This document shows, piece after piece, positions 1-11,260 of a stretch of DNA of 64,000 bases. Position numbers and translations under genes: made by a program. The DNA lies in assembly GCA_004431415.1 (NCBI GenBank), contig QPMI01000228.1, positions 1 to 64,000 of the forward strand. Reading direction: 5' to 3'. The DNA comes from Cyanophora paradoxa CCMP329. Lineage: Eukaryota; Plantae; Glaucophyta. Position 1 is the first letter of the stretch, and each line of letters begins with the position of its first letter. The notes under the pieces were generated by a model that had not been told where the DNA came from, ran no database searches, and saw only the letters and a list, made by a program, of their open reading frames with translations.

Positions 1-922
1 GGGGGTACATCCTCACCCTCATCAACTGCGCCCTCACCGCCATGTACCTCGTCTACGTCGCCAAGGCCCGCCGCCCCGCCCCGCCCCGCCCCGCCCCCGC
101 CCGGCGCGTGGGGTGACGGGGGCGGGGGCGGGGGCGGGCAGATGAGCAAGACGACGGGGCTGAACACGTTCGCGCTGCTGTACTACACGAACGTGCTCTC
201 GATCCCCTTCATGGCCCTCCTCGTCGTCGCCACCGGCGAGGCCGCGGAGCTCCCCTCCTTCCCCCACCTCGCCGACCTCGGCTTCCAGGCCCGCCCCGCC
301 CCGCCCGCGCCGCCTGGCGGGGCCGGGGCTGACGGGGCGCCGCAGTTCTGCTTCCTGATGTCGGCCGTCCAGGCCGTCCTCCTCAACTACTCCATCTTCT
401 ACTGCACCAACATCAACTCCGCCCTCACCACCTCCTGCGTCGGTCCGCCCCGCCCCCCGCGCCCCCCCGCGCCCCGCGCTGCCTGGGGGGCCGACGGGTG
501 CGGGGCGGGCGGTGCAGGGCACCTGAAGAACATCCTGACGACGATCCTCGGCTTCATGCTCTTCGATGACGTCAAATTCGACTGGCTCAACGTCCTCGGG
601 TGCCCCACCCGCCCCGCCCCCCGCCTGCCCCGCCACGCGCCCCGCCGGCGAGCCGCGGGGCCGGCGCAGGCTGACGGTCTCCTCGTACGGGGGCACGTGG
701 TACGCGTGGCTCAAGTACGCAGAGACGCGGGAGAACAACCGCCAGGCGCGCCGCCCCGCTCCCCCGCCCCCCGCCCCGCGCGGCCGCCCGGCGCGAGGCG
801 GGGCGGCGCAGGTGGCGGCGCAGGAGGCGCGGGACCGGGAGGAGAAGTCGGCGCGGGAGCCGCCCTTCCGGGAAGGCTTTGCCGCCGCCTTCGACATGGA
901 GGATGAGAAGCGCGACAAGTAG
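1..922 (+). CDS. Nucleotide-sugar transporter (SLC35D/TPT-like family), 3' part; 5 introns visible (66-141, 289-345, 443-517, 600-669, 746-811)
   Basis: Spliced translation GYILTLINCALTAMYLVYVAK|MSKTTGLNTFALLYYTNVLSIPF...FQ|FCFLMSAVQAVLLNYSIFYCTNINSALTTSCVG|HLKNILTTILGFMLFDD...; the NY..F.CT..NSALTT..VG..KN motif is typical of SLC35D-type transporters; stop TAG at 920-922. Confidence 0.88.
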
Positions 923-1638
923 CGCGCGGCCCGCCACGCCCCCACCGCAGGGAGCCCCGCACCACCAACCCCTGCCTGCATTCTGTTCGTCAGCTAGATC
1001 TAGGACCAGCTCGTCCGCATGCGAGAATTCGTATAGCGATAGCTTTAGGAACAACAGATCTAGATGCGTACAGCCTGGAAAAACGAGATCCATAGCTACA
1101 GCGCATTGATAACACAGGCACGCTAGCTGCGGACAACGCAAGAGCTAGCTGCGTTTGGTGCTACCTACGGGGGCGACAGCTAGATCTTGAGTGCAGCCAG
1201 CACGCCGCGGCGCGCGGCTGGACGACACTTGCCTGCTCCAAGTCAGCTTGAAGCGCTCGCATATGCACGTACTTATGCATACATGTACAGTAGTGTTTTC
1301 GAAGTTTCGCAGCCGGTCGATCAGGGGGGAGTACACTGACCTTCGTTCGCATGGCTGCGAAGCGGCGCGGTTGAAAAGCGAAAAAGTCATCGGCCTTCAA
1401 ACGCTATGGCTCGCCGGTCTCATCAGCGCGCGTTGATCGCAAGCCCGACCGGCGCTTGCTGGAGGAGCGTGCGCCTTTCTCGAAGTCCTTTAGCGACCTC
1501 GTCGGTCGGGAAGCAGCACGCGTACGGCGTAGGAAGCCTCGCCGAGTCGCGTACGCAGCAGCGCTCTCGCAGGCTTTCAGCGAGCGCAGTTAGAGCTGCA
1601 GAGCGGCGGCACCGGCGGAAAGCTTGAGCGAGGCCGGG

Positions 1639-4558
1639 ATGGCGGAGAGCATTAGCGCGACAGCCCTGGCGCACAGCAGCGGCTACGATTACTTGGACTG
1701 CGACCACCACGCTGTGAGCGCCTTGCTTGACGCACGGGGGCGTTCGACAGCTGATCTCGGCGGGTCGGGACAGGCCGCGACTCACGGCGATGTGCTGAAC
1801 GAGGATGACGTGTGCCACAACTGCGAGGCCCTGCACGACGTGCTGTCGTGTTCGGGGCCGAGCTGCGCCGTCCGTCTGTGTCGGACGTGCGCGCGACAGA
1901 TGCACCTCCCCGTCTCCGACACATCCCTCTCCTGCCTTCACTGCTCTAGGCCCACGTCCGTCTTCCTCAACGCTTCCGAGGTGCGTCCTCCCGTCGCGGC
2001 CCTTGCGTCTCGCGCCCCTCTCTGAGGTTCGCGCGCCCTGCAGGCGTCCCCGGCGCACGACCCGTACCGCGACGGCCCGCGCCCGCCGAAGCGGAGGAGG
2101 CTGCCATTCACCATCCAGGTCCCCGGACAGCACGCGCTGCTTCCTCCTTTCCCGCCCGAGGTCCGAGCCGGCCCCGCCGACGCGAAGCGCCGCCGGCGCC
2201 CTGACAAGCCGGCTGGCAGCGCGAGGCGGCGCCAGCGTCGGAGGCGCTGCCGCCCTCGACCTGCTCGCGGTGCATGCAGCAGCGCTCGGCGCTCGTCGTG
2301 TGCCGCGGCGGAGCCGGCTCGCACGGCCGGCGGGCGAGCCCCGCCTCGGGGGCCTCGTCGGCGGCCGCCTCGCCCGTCGTCAAGTGCGACGGCGAGGCCC
2401 CGCTCATCCCCGCGAGCCGCCGCGACCTCATCGCCGCCGCCGCCGCCGCCGCCGCCGCCACAGCCGCCGCCTGCGCCGGGGCGGGGAGAGCGACGGGGAG
2501 TCGGAGGCGGGGGAGGCGGGGGCGGGCGGGTGCGGGCGGCGCTACTGCGCGGAGTGCGTGGTGGAGATGGCGCCGGCCTCGGAGCGCGACCCCGAGGCCG
2601 CCATCGCCCGCGCCTTCGTCCGCCCCGCCCCGCCCCCCGCTCCCACCCCGCCGAGCCCCCGCCGAGCCGCCCCCGCCGCAGACCTCGCCGGCCTGGCGCT
2701 GCGAGGCCTGCGCCGAGTGCCCCGCGCCGCAGCCGGCCGCCCTCCGCCGCTTCGCGCGCAAGCCGCGGGCCCTCCCGCGGGCGCCCTCGCCGGGGCAGGG
2801 GCGGGGCAGCTGGCGGGGACGGGGGGCCCGGGCGGCGGTGGCGCCCCCGCGGTGGACGCGAACGGGCGGGACTTCGCGGTGCGCCGGCCCCGCCCGTCCC
2901 TCCGCCGGGCGCCGGGCGCCTCGAGCCGGGCCCCGGGCGGCAGGAGAGCGAGCACATCCTGGACGCCTCGTGCTCGCGGTGCCGCCACCGGAAGCGGGTG
3001 ATCGCGTGCGGGCAGGAGGCCTGCTCCCGCCGCATCTGCTTCAGCTGCCTCGCCAAGGCCCTCGCCACGGGGCCCGACGGCACGCCCCGCGGCGACCGCA
3101 CCCGCGTGCGCCCCTCGCCCGCCCCCGCCGCCCCCCGCGCGCTCTGAGCGGGGGCGGGGGCGCAGGAGTGGGCGGCGCAGCGGGTCGAGGAGGTGATCCA
3201 GCGGCCCGACTGGGCGTGCCCCTACTGCGAGGAGCTCCAGCGCGTGCGCCCCACTCCCGCTCCCCTCGCCGCACCCGCCGGCGCCGCCTGAGGCGGAGGC
3301 GGCCCTCGGGGCAGGCGTCGGAGGACGCGGCGGCGGGGGCGGTGATGGAGGCGACGTGCCACCGCTGCCACCACCGGCGCCTCGTCTACCAGTGCTCCCG
3401 GGGCCCCTCCCTGCCCCACGCCGGCGGCGCCGAGTGCCAGAAGCGCTTCTGCGAGCGCTGCCTGACGAAGACGTACGCCGAGCTGGCGGAGGAGAGCGGG
3501 GCCGGCGAGGAGGAGCGTGCCGCCTGGGTCGCCGCCCAGCTCGCCGCCGCCCGCGCCGGCCGCCCCGCCCGCTGGCCCTGCCCTTCCTGCACCGGCCACT
3601 GCCCCTGCTCCCGCTGCCGCCCCGCCGCCGAGGGCGCCCCCGCCCCGCAGCCCCTCCGGGGCCCCTGGTGCGCCCCGTCCGGGGCCGCCGCCTGGGTGCG
3701 CCCCCTCGAACCCCTGCCGGCGCTGCGCCGCGCCTCGCGCTGAGGGCGGGGGCAGGGGCAGGGGCGGAGGGTGCCCTCGCCGGCGCCGCAGCTGCGCGTC
3801 GCCTGCCCCGCAGCGGCGCCCTCCGGCCCGCGCCGCCGCCGGGGCGCCCCGCGGGGCGGCCGGAAGCGGACGGGGAGGAGGAGGGGGCGGAGGGGGCCTC
3901 CCCCGGGACCCCGCCACGGGCCTCCGCGGCGTCCGCCGCCGCCACGTCAGCTCCTCCCGTGCGCCCGCCCGCGCCCCGCGCCCCGCCCCCGCGCCGGCGC
4001 CCTGAGGCGGGCGGCAGGGGCGGGCGGCGCCGGCTCGTGCACGCTGTACGAGGCGAGCCTGCGGCTGCGGCAGCTCGAGCTCCCGATCGGGCTCTTCGAC
4101 GCGGCGGAGAAGGCGGCGCGGGCGCACGACCTCACCGCCATCCTGCTCTACGGGCCCGAGCGGGCGGCGGCGCGCACGAACTTCCCGCTGGGGGCCTGCG
4201 CGCGGGACGTGGCGGCGCTGCTGCGGGCGCTCGGGGCGGGGCGGCCGGCGGCGTCGCCCCCGACGCCTCCCGCCTCGCCGCCGTCATCGACGCCGTCAAC
4301 GCGCACGTCGCGCCCCCGCCCCCGCCCCTCCCCCTGCGCACCTCCCTCCCTCCCCGGCCCCGCCCCCCCGCCGCCCGCCGCCCGCCCCGCCCCGCCGCCG
4401 CCGGCCACCCCGCGGCCAAGCGCTCCACTCCGAGGCGCTGGGGGCGGGCCCGCGTCGCCCCGCCCGCCCCGAGAGCCTCTCCCCGCCCGAGCACCTCCCC
4501 TCCAACCCACCCCACGCCCACGCCCGGGTCTAGTCGTAGCGCCCTAGGTTGGCCCTAG
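1639..4558 (+). CDS. Intron-containing protein with about four tandem Cys-rich zinc fingers of zf-4CXXC_R1 (CDCA7/JmjC-associated RING-like) type; 3' end approximate
   Basis: Repeated pattern CxxC...C...C..(F/Y/I)CxxC...WxCxxC, e.g. TCHRCHHRRLVYQC...CQKRFCERCL...WPCPSCTGHCPCSRCR and SCSRCRHRKRVIAC...CSRRICFSCL...WACPYC. Confidence 0.65.
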
Positions 4559-4769
4559 GTTGGCCTTTTTCTGGGTCAGATTCTCCATTCATTGACCCGC
4601 GTACGCGTCGGTTTCGTCGCTGGGACTTGCATCGCAGTGATCGATTGGTCGCGCCCCGCCACTCGTTTACTTAGTTACTTTTATCCAGTGTGTAGCCCTA
4701 GTAGTGTACAGGCTGGAGAGGCCCTGAGTTGCAAGGAACGTTTCAATCTAGATCTTGAACAGTTCTACC

Positions 4770-4975
4770 TAGTCACCGACTTGCCGCGAAGACCGTCGGA
4801 CGCCTTTAATTTTCGGGGCCACTGGGCCATGCCAGGTTGCCGGGCTCGCTGACCAGTGGCCCGGCGGCCACCGGGCCTAGTATCCGACGGTCGGGTGACC
4901 AAGTCCGACGGTCCGACGGTCAACGACTTGCCAGTTGCCGCGAAGTTGCCGCGTCGGGGCCGTGCCACGTTGCCG
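4770..4975. repeat. Short inverted/direct repeat cluster (TCCGACGGTC x3 versus GACCGTCGGA; TTGCCGCG x3), MITE/foldback-like remnant
   Basis: GACCGTCGGA at 4791-4800 is the reverse complement of TCCGACGGTC at 4883, 4904 and 4912. Confidence 0.35.
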
Positions 4976-5319
4976 TTGCCGGGGCCGGCCTGCGGCGGCC
5001 CCCGGGCCCCCCCCGCGCGGGCCCAGCATCATGGCATAAGTGGGCCGCGGGCTACTAGCCTAGTAGGCTAGACCCGGGCTAGCGCTCCGCTTCCGGAGGC
5101 CCGCATGTCCAATTGGGCCAAGCTCTCCCCACCCTGCAGGGCCCTCCAAGGCTTCAAGGCTTCCCGTCGCTCCCCGAGTCCGCCACAGAAAAAGGGCGAC
5201 GTCTGTACCGATTCGCCGCGGAATCAATCCTACTCGGGACGGGGCCTGCCGGGAGGGAACATGGAGGCCCGAGGGGCAGAAGAGGGGGGCGGAGGGGGAG
5301 GGGCGGGAGGGCTGGAGAG

Positions 5320-5320
<1 letters not shown>

Positions 5321-5355
<35 letters not shown>
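5321..5355. repeat. Poly-G homopolymer (about 35 nt) just downstream of the eIF5B stop
   Basis: Directly visible; similar C/G runs lie inside introns near 13381-13412, 14417-14440 and 53401-53438. Confidence 0.9.
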
Positions 5356-5390
5356 CGAGGGGGCGGGGGCGGGGGCGGTGGGGCGTGCGC

Positions 5391-8300
5391 TCAGGCGCCG
5401 CGGGACTGGATGCCGAAGGTCTTCATGAGCTGGAGGCAGACCTGCCAGTCCTCCTTGGTCATCTCGTCCTTGAAGTTCTCCTTGAGGAGGTCGATGGAGC
5501 GGCGCGTGATCTTCGAGAGCAGGTTGTCCTTCTCGTCGAAGTGCCGCCCGTACATCTTCGGCGTCTCGTTGATCTTCGGCTCGATCTTGATCGCCACCGA
5601 GGTCCCCTTCTTCGCCTCGTTCACCGACTTGTGGTTGTTCTCGATCGACGAGACTGCGCCGGCGCGTCGGGCGGGGAGGGAGCGGCGGGGTCGGGGGGCG
5701 GGCGCACCCCGTCCGAGGTCGGTCCACTCCCCGGGGGTCTCCCGGTTGGGGACGACGAGGGGCGTCCCCGTGCGGAGGACGCCCCCGATGACGTCCACGC
5801 CGAGCACGATCGGGTCGCGCTTGTTGAAGATGCACGTCGGGACGATCTGCGGGGCGCGTCAGCGGCGGCGGGGCGGAGGCGGGGCGGGGGCGGGGGCGGG
5901 GCGGGCGGGGGCGGGCCTTGAGGATGCAGGGGAAGACGGCCTCGCCGGAGGACTCGTTCTTCTTCTGGGAGCGGATCTCCTCCATGTACTTGGTGAACAT
6001 GTCGAAGAGGTGGTAGATAATGTCCGCCTGGAAGATCTTGACCCCGAGCTCCTCGGCCTGCGCCATCGCCTCCTTCTCCACCTTGACGTCGAAGGCGAGG
6101 ATCGTCGCGAACTCCTTGCGGTGCTCGAGCATCGCCGAGGCGCGGACGACGTCGCGCTTGTGGACGGGCCCGATGTTGATGCCCGAGACGGGGATGTTGG
6201 AGGTCTTGAGGAACTCGAGCAGGGCCTCGAGGGAGCCGAGGGTCGAGGCCTGGACGAAGACGCCCTGCCCCGAGCGGTCCACCGAGGAGAGGATCGTCTT
6301 GAGGTCGGACATGACCTCGTCCCGCAGGTCCTCGATGTCGTCCTCCGGCCCCGCCACCAGCACCGACGTCCCCGGCACCGCCTGCCCGCCCCCGCATCAG
6401 AGGGGCCCCAGCGGCGCGGCCCGGGCGCAAGTGGCGGGCGGGGGCGGGCCTTGTCGAGGTCCTGGGCGGCGATCTTGACTCCCATCGCCGCCTTGATGCG
6501 CTTGTGGTGCACGTACTGGCCCTTCACGCGCAGCTCCCGCAGCGGCTGCGGCGTCAGCAGCGCCCGGATCGTCGTCACGATCGGCCCTGCGCGGGGGAGG
6601 CAGCGGGTGAGAGGAGGGGGCGGAGAGGGGGGCCCCGGGTCGGGGTCGGGGGCGGGGGCGGGGGCGCGCCGTTGAGGCCGCAGACGACGATGGTGTCGCC
6701 CTCGTTGAGGTAGCCGTTGACGAGGACGACGTCGATGGTGGTGCCGAGGCCCTCGATGACCTTGACCTCGAGCAGGGTGCACTGGAGGGAGGAGAGGTAG
6801 GAGAGGCGCCCGGCCATGCGCTCCTGGGTGAGCTGGACGAGCAGGTAGAGGAGGTCCGGGATGCCCTCCCCCGTGATCGCCGACGTCGGCACCAGCGAGA
6901 CCGTCCGCCGCACGTCCTTGTTCTCGTAGTACAGCTCCGCGTTCAGCCCCTGCTCCGCGAACGCCGTGATCGTCTGCTTCAGCCGCGTGTCGAACTCCAT
7001 GTGCACCGACTCCGGCTGCTGCTTCAGCGACACCTGGAAGGGCTTGTTCGGCTGCGCCTTCCACCCGTACATGCGGTCCACCTGCGCCGGCCGCCCCCGC
7101 CCCGTCAGCCCCCGGCGGGGGACGCGCGCGAGAGGGAAAACGAGAGAGTGCGTGGAAGCGGGGACGTCGAGAGAGATCGGAGCAACGAAACAACGAAAGG
7201 AATGTGCCGACCGATTAGACACGCCCCCGATAAGAGACGGGGGAGTGCTTTTGGAAGGAGGGCTATGAGAACTTCCTGTGCCCCCGCAAACACATCGAGA
7301 CCCCATATGGAGGGGCCACAACTGATTTAAGGGGGGCTCAACGAAACAGAGGAAAGCGGATGTGCTTTCCAAAAGAGCGAAAAGCGGATTTAGGGGACCC
7401 CCGCACTGCGGGCAAGGTAAAGTTGCTAAAATGTACCGACCGATTAGACACGCCCCCGATAAGAGACGAGGGAGTGCTTTTGGAAGGAGGGCTATGAGAA
7501 CTTCCTCTGCCCCCGCAAACACATCGAGACCCCATATGGAGGGGCCGCAACTGATTTAAGGGGGGCGAAAGGGGGAGGGAAAGGGCGAGGGGTCTGTGCC
7601 CGCGGCATGAGCGCAAAGCGGATGTGGGACCGCCGGGCGCTTCTGAAGGCGGGGCGGCTCTGCCCACGGTAATACATCGAGGACCCGCGCGGGGCGACCC
7701 CCGACTGAAACTGGCGGGCGCTCCACTCCAAAGGGGAAAAGAAGAGAAAAGGAGGAGGAGAGGGGAAAGGGCGGGAGGCGTTCAAGAGATGCGGGGGCGG
7801 GGGGACGCGGACCTTGTTGAGGGCGACGACGAAGGGGGTCTTGCGCTGGCGGAGGAGGTTGAGGGACTCGATGGTCTGCGGCTCGAGCAGGTGCATGATG
7901 TCGACGACAAGGATGGCGATGTCGCAGAGCGAGGAGCCGCGCGAGCGCAGGTTCGTGAACGACTCGTGCCCCGGCGTGTCGATGATCAGCAGCCCCGGCG
8001 ACCGCATCTCGAAGTCCGGGTAGAGCTGCCCACGCGCGTCACGCCAAGGCGGGGCGCGGCCGGCGGGGCGGGGGCCGGGCGGGGCGGCGCGCCTCCTTGA
8101 GATCGCGGGTCTTCTCCTTGACGGCGTCCTGGGGGAAGTAGGTCGCGCCGATCTGCTGCGTGATCCCCCCCGCCTCGCCTGGCCGCCGGCTCAGCGACGG
8201 CGGCGGCCGGTCTCCTCGGAGGGGCGCGCGCACCCTCCTGGACCTTGGTCTCGCGGATCTTGTCCAGGAGCGACGTCTTGCCCGTGTCCACGTGCCCCAG

Positions 8301-11260
8301 AATGCAGCAGATCGGCGACCGCAGCTCCTTCGTCTGCTCCGCCTCCTGCTCCATCTGTCCCACGCCGGCCGCCGTCAGCCGCCCGCCCCGCCGCTCGGGC
8401 GACGCTCGCGGCTCGGCGGGGCACCTTGCGCTCGCGCTCCTTGCGGGCGCGGCGGGCGGCGGCGATGCGCTGCTTGAGGGTCTCCTCGTCCTCGCTGTCG
8501 CTGCCGCTGTCGCTGCCGCTGTCGCTGTCGCTCTCGCTCTCGCTCTCGCTCTCGCTGGGCGGCATGTCCCGGTTCGGCCCGCCGCGGTTCGGCTTGACGA
8601 GCTTCGCGTTCGGCGGGGGCCCGCGCGGCGCCGGCTTCGCGGGAGCCGCCCCCGGCGCCTGCGTCGGCGTCCCCGAGCCTGGCCGCCCCGCCCGTCAGGC
8701 GCCAGTGTATGGGGGCGGGGGCGGCGGGGCGAGGGCGGGGCGCGCACGCGGAGAGGCGGCCGGGGGCTTGGAGGCGGAGGTGGGCTTGGCGGGGGCCGGC
8801 TTGGCGGCGCCCTCGCGGGGGGGCGGGGAGGGGGCCGGGGAGGCCGACGGGGAGGACTTGGCCTCCGACTTGGACTCCTCCTTCCCCTCCACCTTCTTCT
8901 CCTTGCCCGCTGCCGCCCCCCGCCCGCCCCGGTCAGCCGAGCCCAGCTGCGCGGGGCGGCGCGGGGCGGGGCGGGGCGGGGCGGGGGCACCCTTGGGGGC
9001 CTTGATCTTGACCTCGTGGGCCTCCCAGCTCTCCTCCTCGTTCTCGCCCTCGCTCCCGCTCTCGCTGCTGCTGCTGCTGCTCTCGCCCCCGCTCCCCGCC
9101 TTCTCGTCGCCCTTGCCCTTCTCCTCCTTGGCCGGCGCCGAGGCCGCCGCCTCGGCCGCCTCGTCCTGCTTCGGGCCCCGCGCCGGCCCCTTCTTCTTCT
9201 GGTAGATCGGCCGCTTCTTCTTCTCCGCCGCCGCCGCCGCCGCAGCCGCTGCCGCCTCCGCACCCTCCTCGCCCTTGACCGGCACCGGCATGCCTGCGCC
9301 CGCCCGAGGCGTCGCCCCGCGATCCGAGGCCCGCGGGCGCGCGAGCGGCGGCGTCCTACCCTGCGCCTTCAGCTGCTCGAGGAAGATAGCTCTCCGCCGC
9401 TCCTCCTCCTTCTGCTTCGCCGTCTTCAGCAGGCCCTTGGCCTTCAACTCCTCCTTCTTCTTCTGCTCGCGCGACCAGGGCGTCAGCCGGGCGGCGCGGC
9501 ACCGAGCCCGGACCCCGGCGCGCGCGCCTTCTCGGCCTCCTTCTTGATGCGCTTCGCCTCCTCCTTCTTCCGCTCCTCCTCCTCGATCCTCTTCTGCTCC
9601 TCCTCCTCCCTGCCCCGCCGTCAGCCCCGGCCGCCGCGCGCGCCCCGCCGCGCTCCCGCGCACTTCTTGCGGCGCTCCTCCTCCTCCTTCTGGAGGCGCT
9701 CCTCCTCCTCGCGCTGCTTCTTGAGTGCTTCCTGCGCGCACCTCGGGCGTCGCCGCGAGGCGCGGGGCCGGCCCCGCCCCGCCGCACCTGGATGGCGCGG
9801 ATGTGGGCCGACTTGGCGGGCCCGCCCTTCTTGCCGCCGGCCGCCGCGGCCGCAGGCTTCTCCTCCTCGGCCGGCTTCTCCTCCTCCTTCTTCTCGCCGG
9901 TCTTGGCCTTGAGCTTCTTCTCCTTGCGCTTGGCCGCCTTGCTGCTCTTCTCGCCCTTGCCGCCCTCCTCGTCGTCCTCGTGCTCCTCGTGCTCCTCCTC
10001 GGCCGCCGCCGCCGGCGCCGCCGCCTTAGACTCGGGCTTCTTGGCCCCGCTCGCCCCCGGCCCGGCCTTCTCCTCCTTGGGCGCCGCCTGCGCCCCAGGC
10101 GTCGGCGCCGGCGCGGCGGCATGCGCGGCGCAGGCGGTGGCACCTTCGGGGCCGGCTCCTTCTTGTCGATATCCGCGAGGATCGCGTCGATGTCGTAATC
10201 GTCGTTCGCCTGCCCCGCCCCCCGTCAGACGCCCGTCCCGCTCCACCCCAAGCCCTCCAGCGGAGCGGGCGCCCACCTGCTTCTTGTTCTTCTTCCCGCC
10301 CTTCTGCTGAGCAGGGGCCGGCGCTGCGGGGGCCGGCGCCGGCGGCGCCGCCTCCTCCTCCTCGGACTCGGCCTTCTTCTTCTTGTCCTTCTTCTCGCCC
10401 TTGTCCTTCTTCTTCTTCTTCTCGTTCATCCAGGAGAGGTCCTCCTCCTCCTCCGACCCCGCCTTCTTCGCAGCCTCATCCGCCTCCTTCTTCTCCCCGC
10501 CCTCCTTCTTCTTCTTCTTCTTCTCCTGCGGAGCGACCCGCGCGTGGGCCCGCCGGCGCGCCGGCACGCCGGCGACGCGATCGGGCACCTTCATCCAGGA
10601 GAGGTCCTCCTCCTCATCGGCCGCCTCCTCCTTCGCCGCCGCCTTCTTGTCCTCCCCCTTGTCCTTCTTCTTCTTCTTCTTCTCGTTCATCCAGGACAGG
10701 TCCTCCTCCTCCTCCTCCGCGGGCGCTGCCGCCTTGGCCTTGCCCTTCTTGTCTGCGCCCTTGGACTTGGCGCTCTTCTTCGCCGTGGCGTCGTCCTCGT
10801 CCTCCTCCTCGTCGTCGTCGCCGTCCGCCATGAGCGCGGCGAAGCCGCCCGCTGCCTTCGCCTTCGGCTTGGAGACCGGCGCATCGTCGTCGTCGTCGTC
10901 CGCCGCCGCCTTGCCCCGCGCGCTGCTCTTGATCGGATCGGGAATATCATCGCCATCCGAGTCGTCTCCCTTCTTGCCGCCCTTCTTGCCCTTCTTCTTG
11001 TCGGCGGCAGGCTTCTTCGTCGCGCCGCCGATGCCGAGGCCCGCCAGCTTAGCTGCGGCCTCGTCGACCTCCTCATCGCTGTCCGCGCCCTTCTTGCCTC
11101 CCTTGCCGCCCTTCTTCGCTGCAGGCTGCGGGGGCGGAGACGCGCTCGCGCCCTTCTTGCCAGCATCGGCATGCCCATCGCCGCCCGCGCCCTCCTGCTG
11201 GAGCGCTTCTATATCCTCATCCCAGAGGTCGTCGCCCTTCTTCTTGTCGCGCTTCCCCAT
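5391..11260 (-). CDS. eIF5B: Eukaryotic translation initiation factor 5B (IF2-family GTPase), multi-exon
   Basis: Lys/Glu-rich N-terminus, then [71 protein letters not shown]|[28 protein letters not shown] and AVFPCILK. Confidence 0.97.
7200..7337 (-). ncRNA. Box H/ACA-like snoRNA copy A in the 731-nt eIF5B intron (7082-7812)
   Basis: Hairpin (GCCCCCC...GGGGGC) - H box ACAGGA - hairpin - ACA + 3 nt; 138 nt; same strand as the host gene. Confidence 0.7.
7429..7566 (-). ncRNA. Box H/ACA-like snoRNA copy B (near-identical duplicate of copy A)
   Basis: 229-nt offset duplicate; H box AGAGGA (still ANANNA) and terminal ACA retained while the flanks diverge. Confidence 0.7.
7592..7719 (-). ncRNA. 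Diverged third H/ACA-like (or AGA-box) snoRNA
   Basis: First hairpin shares pocket-flanking TCAG-TYG...CGA-TGTRTT with copies A/B, is followed by AGA at 15 nt, then a second hairpin and ACA; H box imperfect (AGAGCC). Confidence 0.55.

Noticed and set aside
4230-4270. Apparent frame changes in GC-rich 3' exons (also near 15430 and 29050) as pseudogenisation or programmed frameshifting
   Set aside because: More simply homopolymer sequencing errors or unrecognised short introns
7320-7330. AACTGATTTAA on the + strand is complementary to a conserved 18S segment, suggesting a C/D snoRNA on +
   Set aside because: It would be antisense to the host gene, box C is poor, and the match is not kept in the third unit, whereas H/ACA geometry on the - strand is
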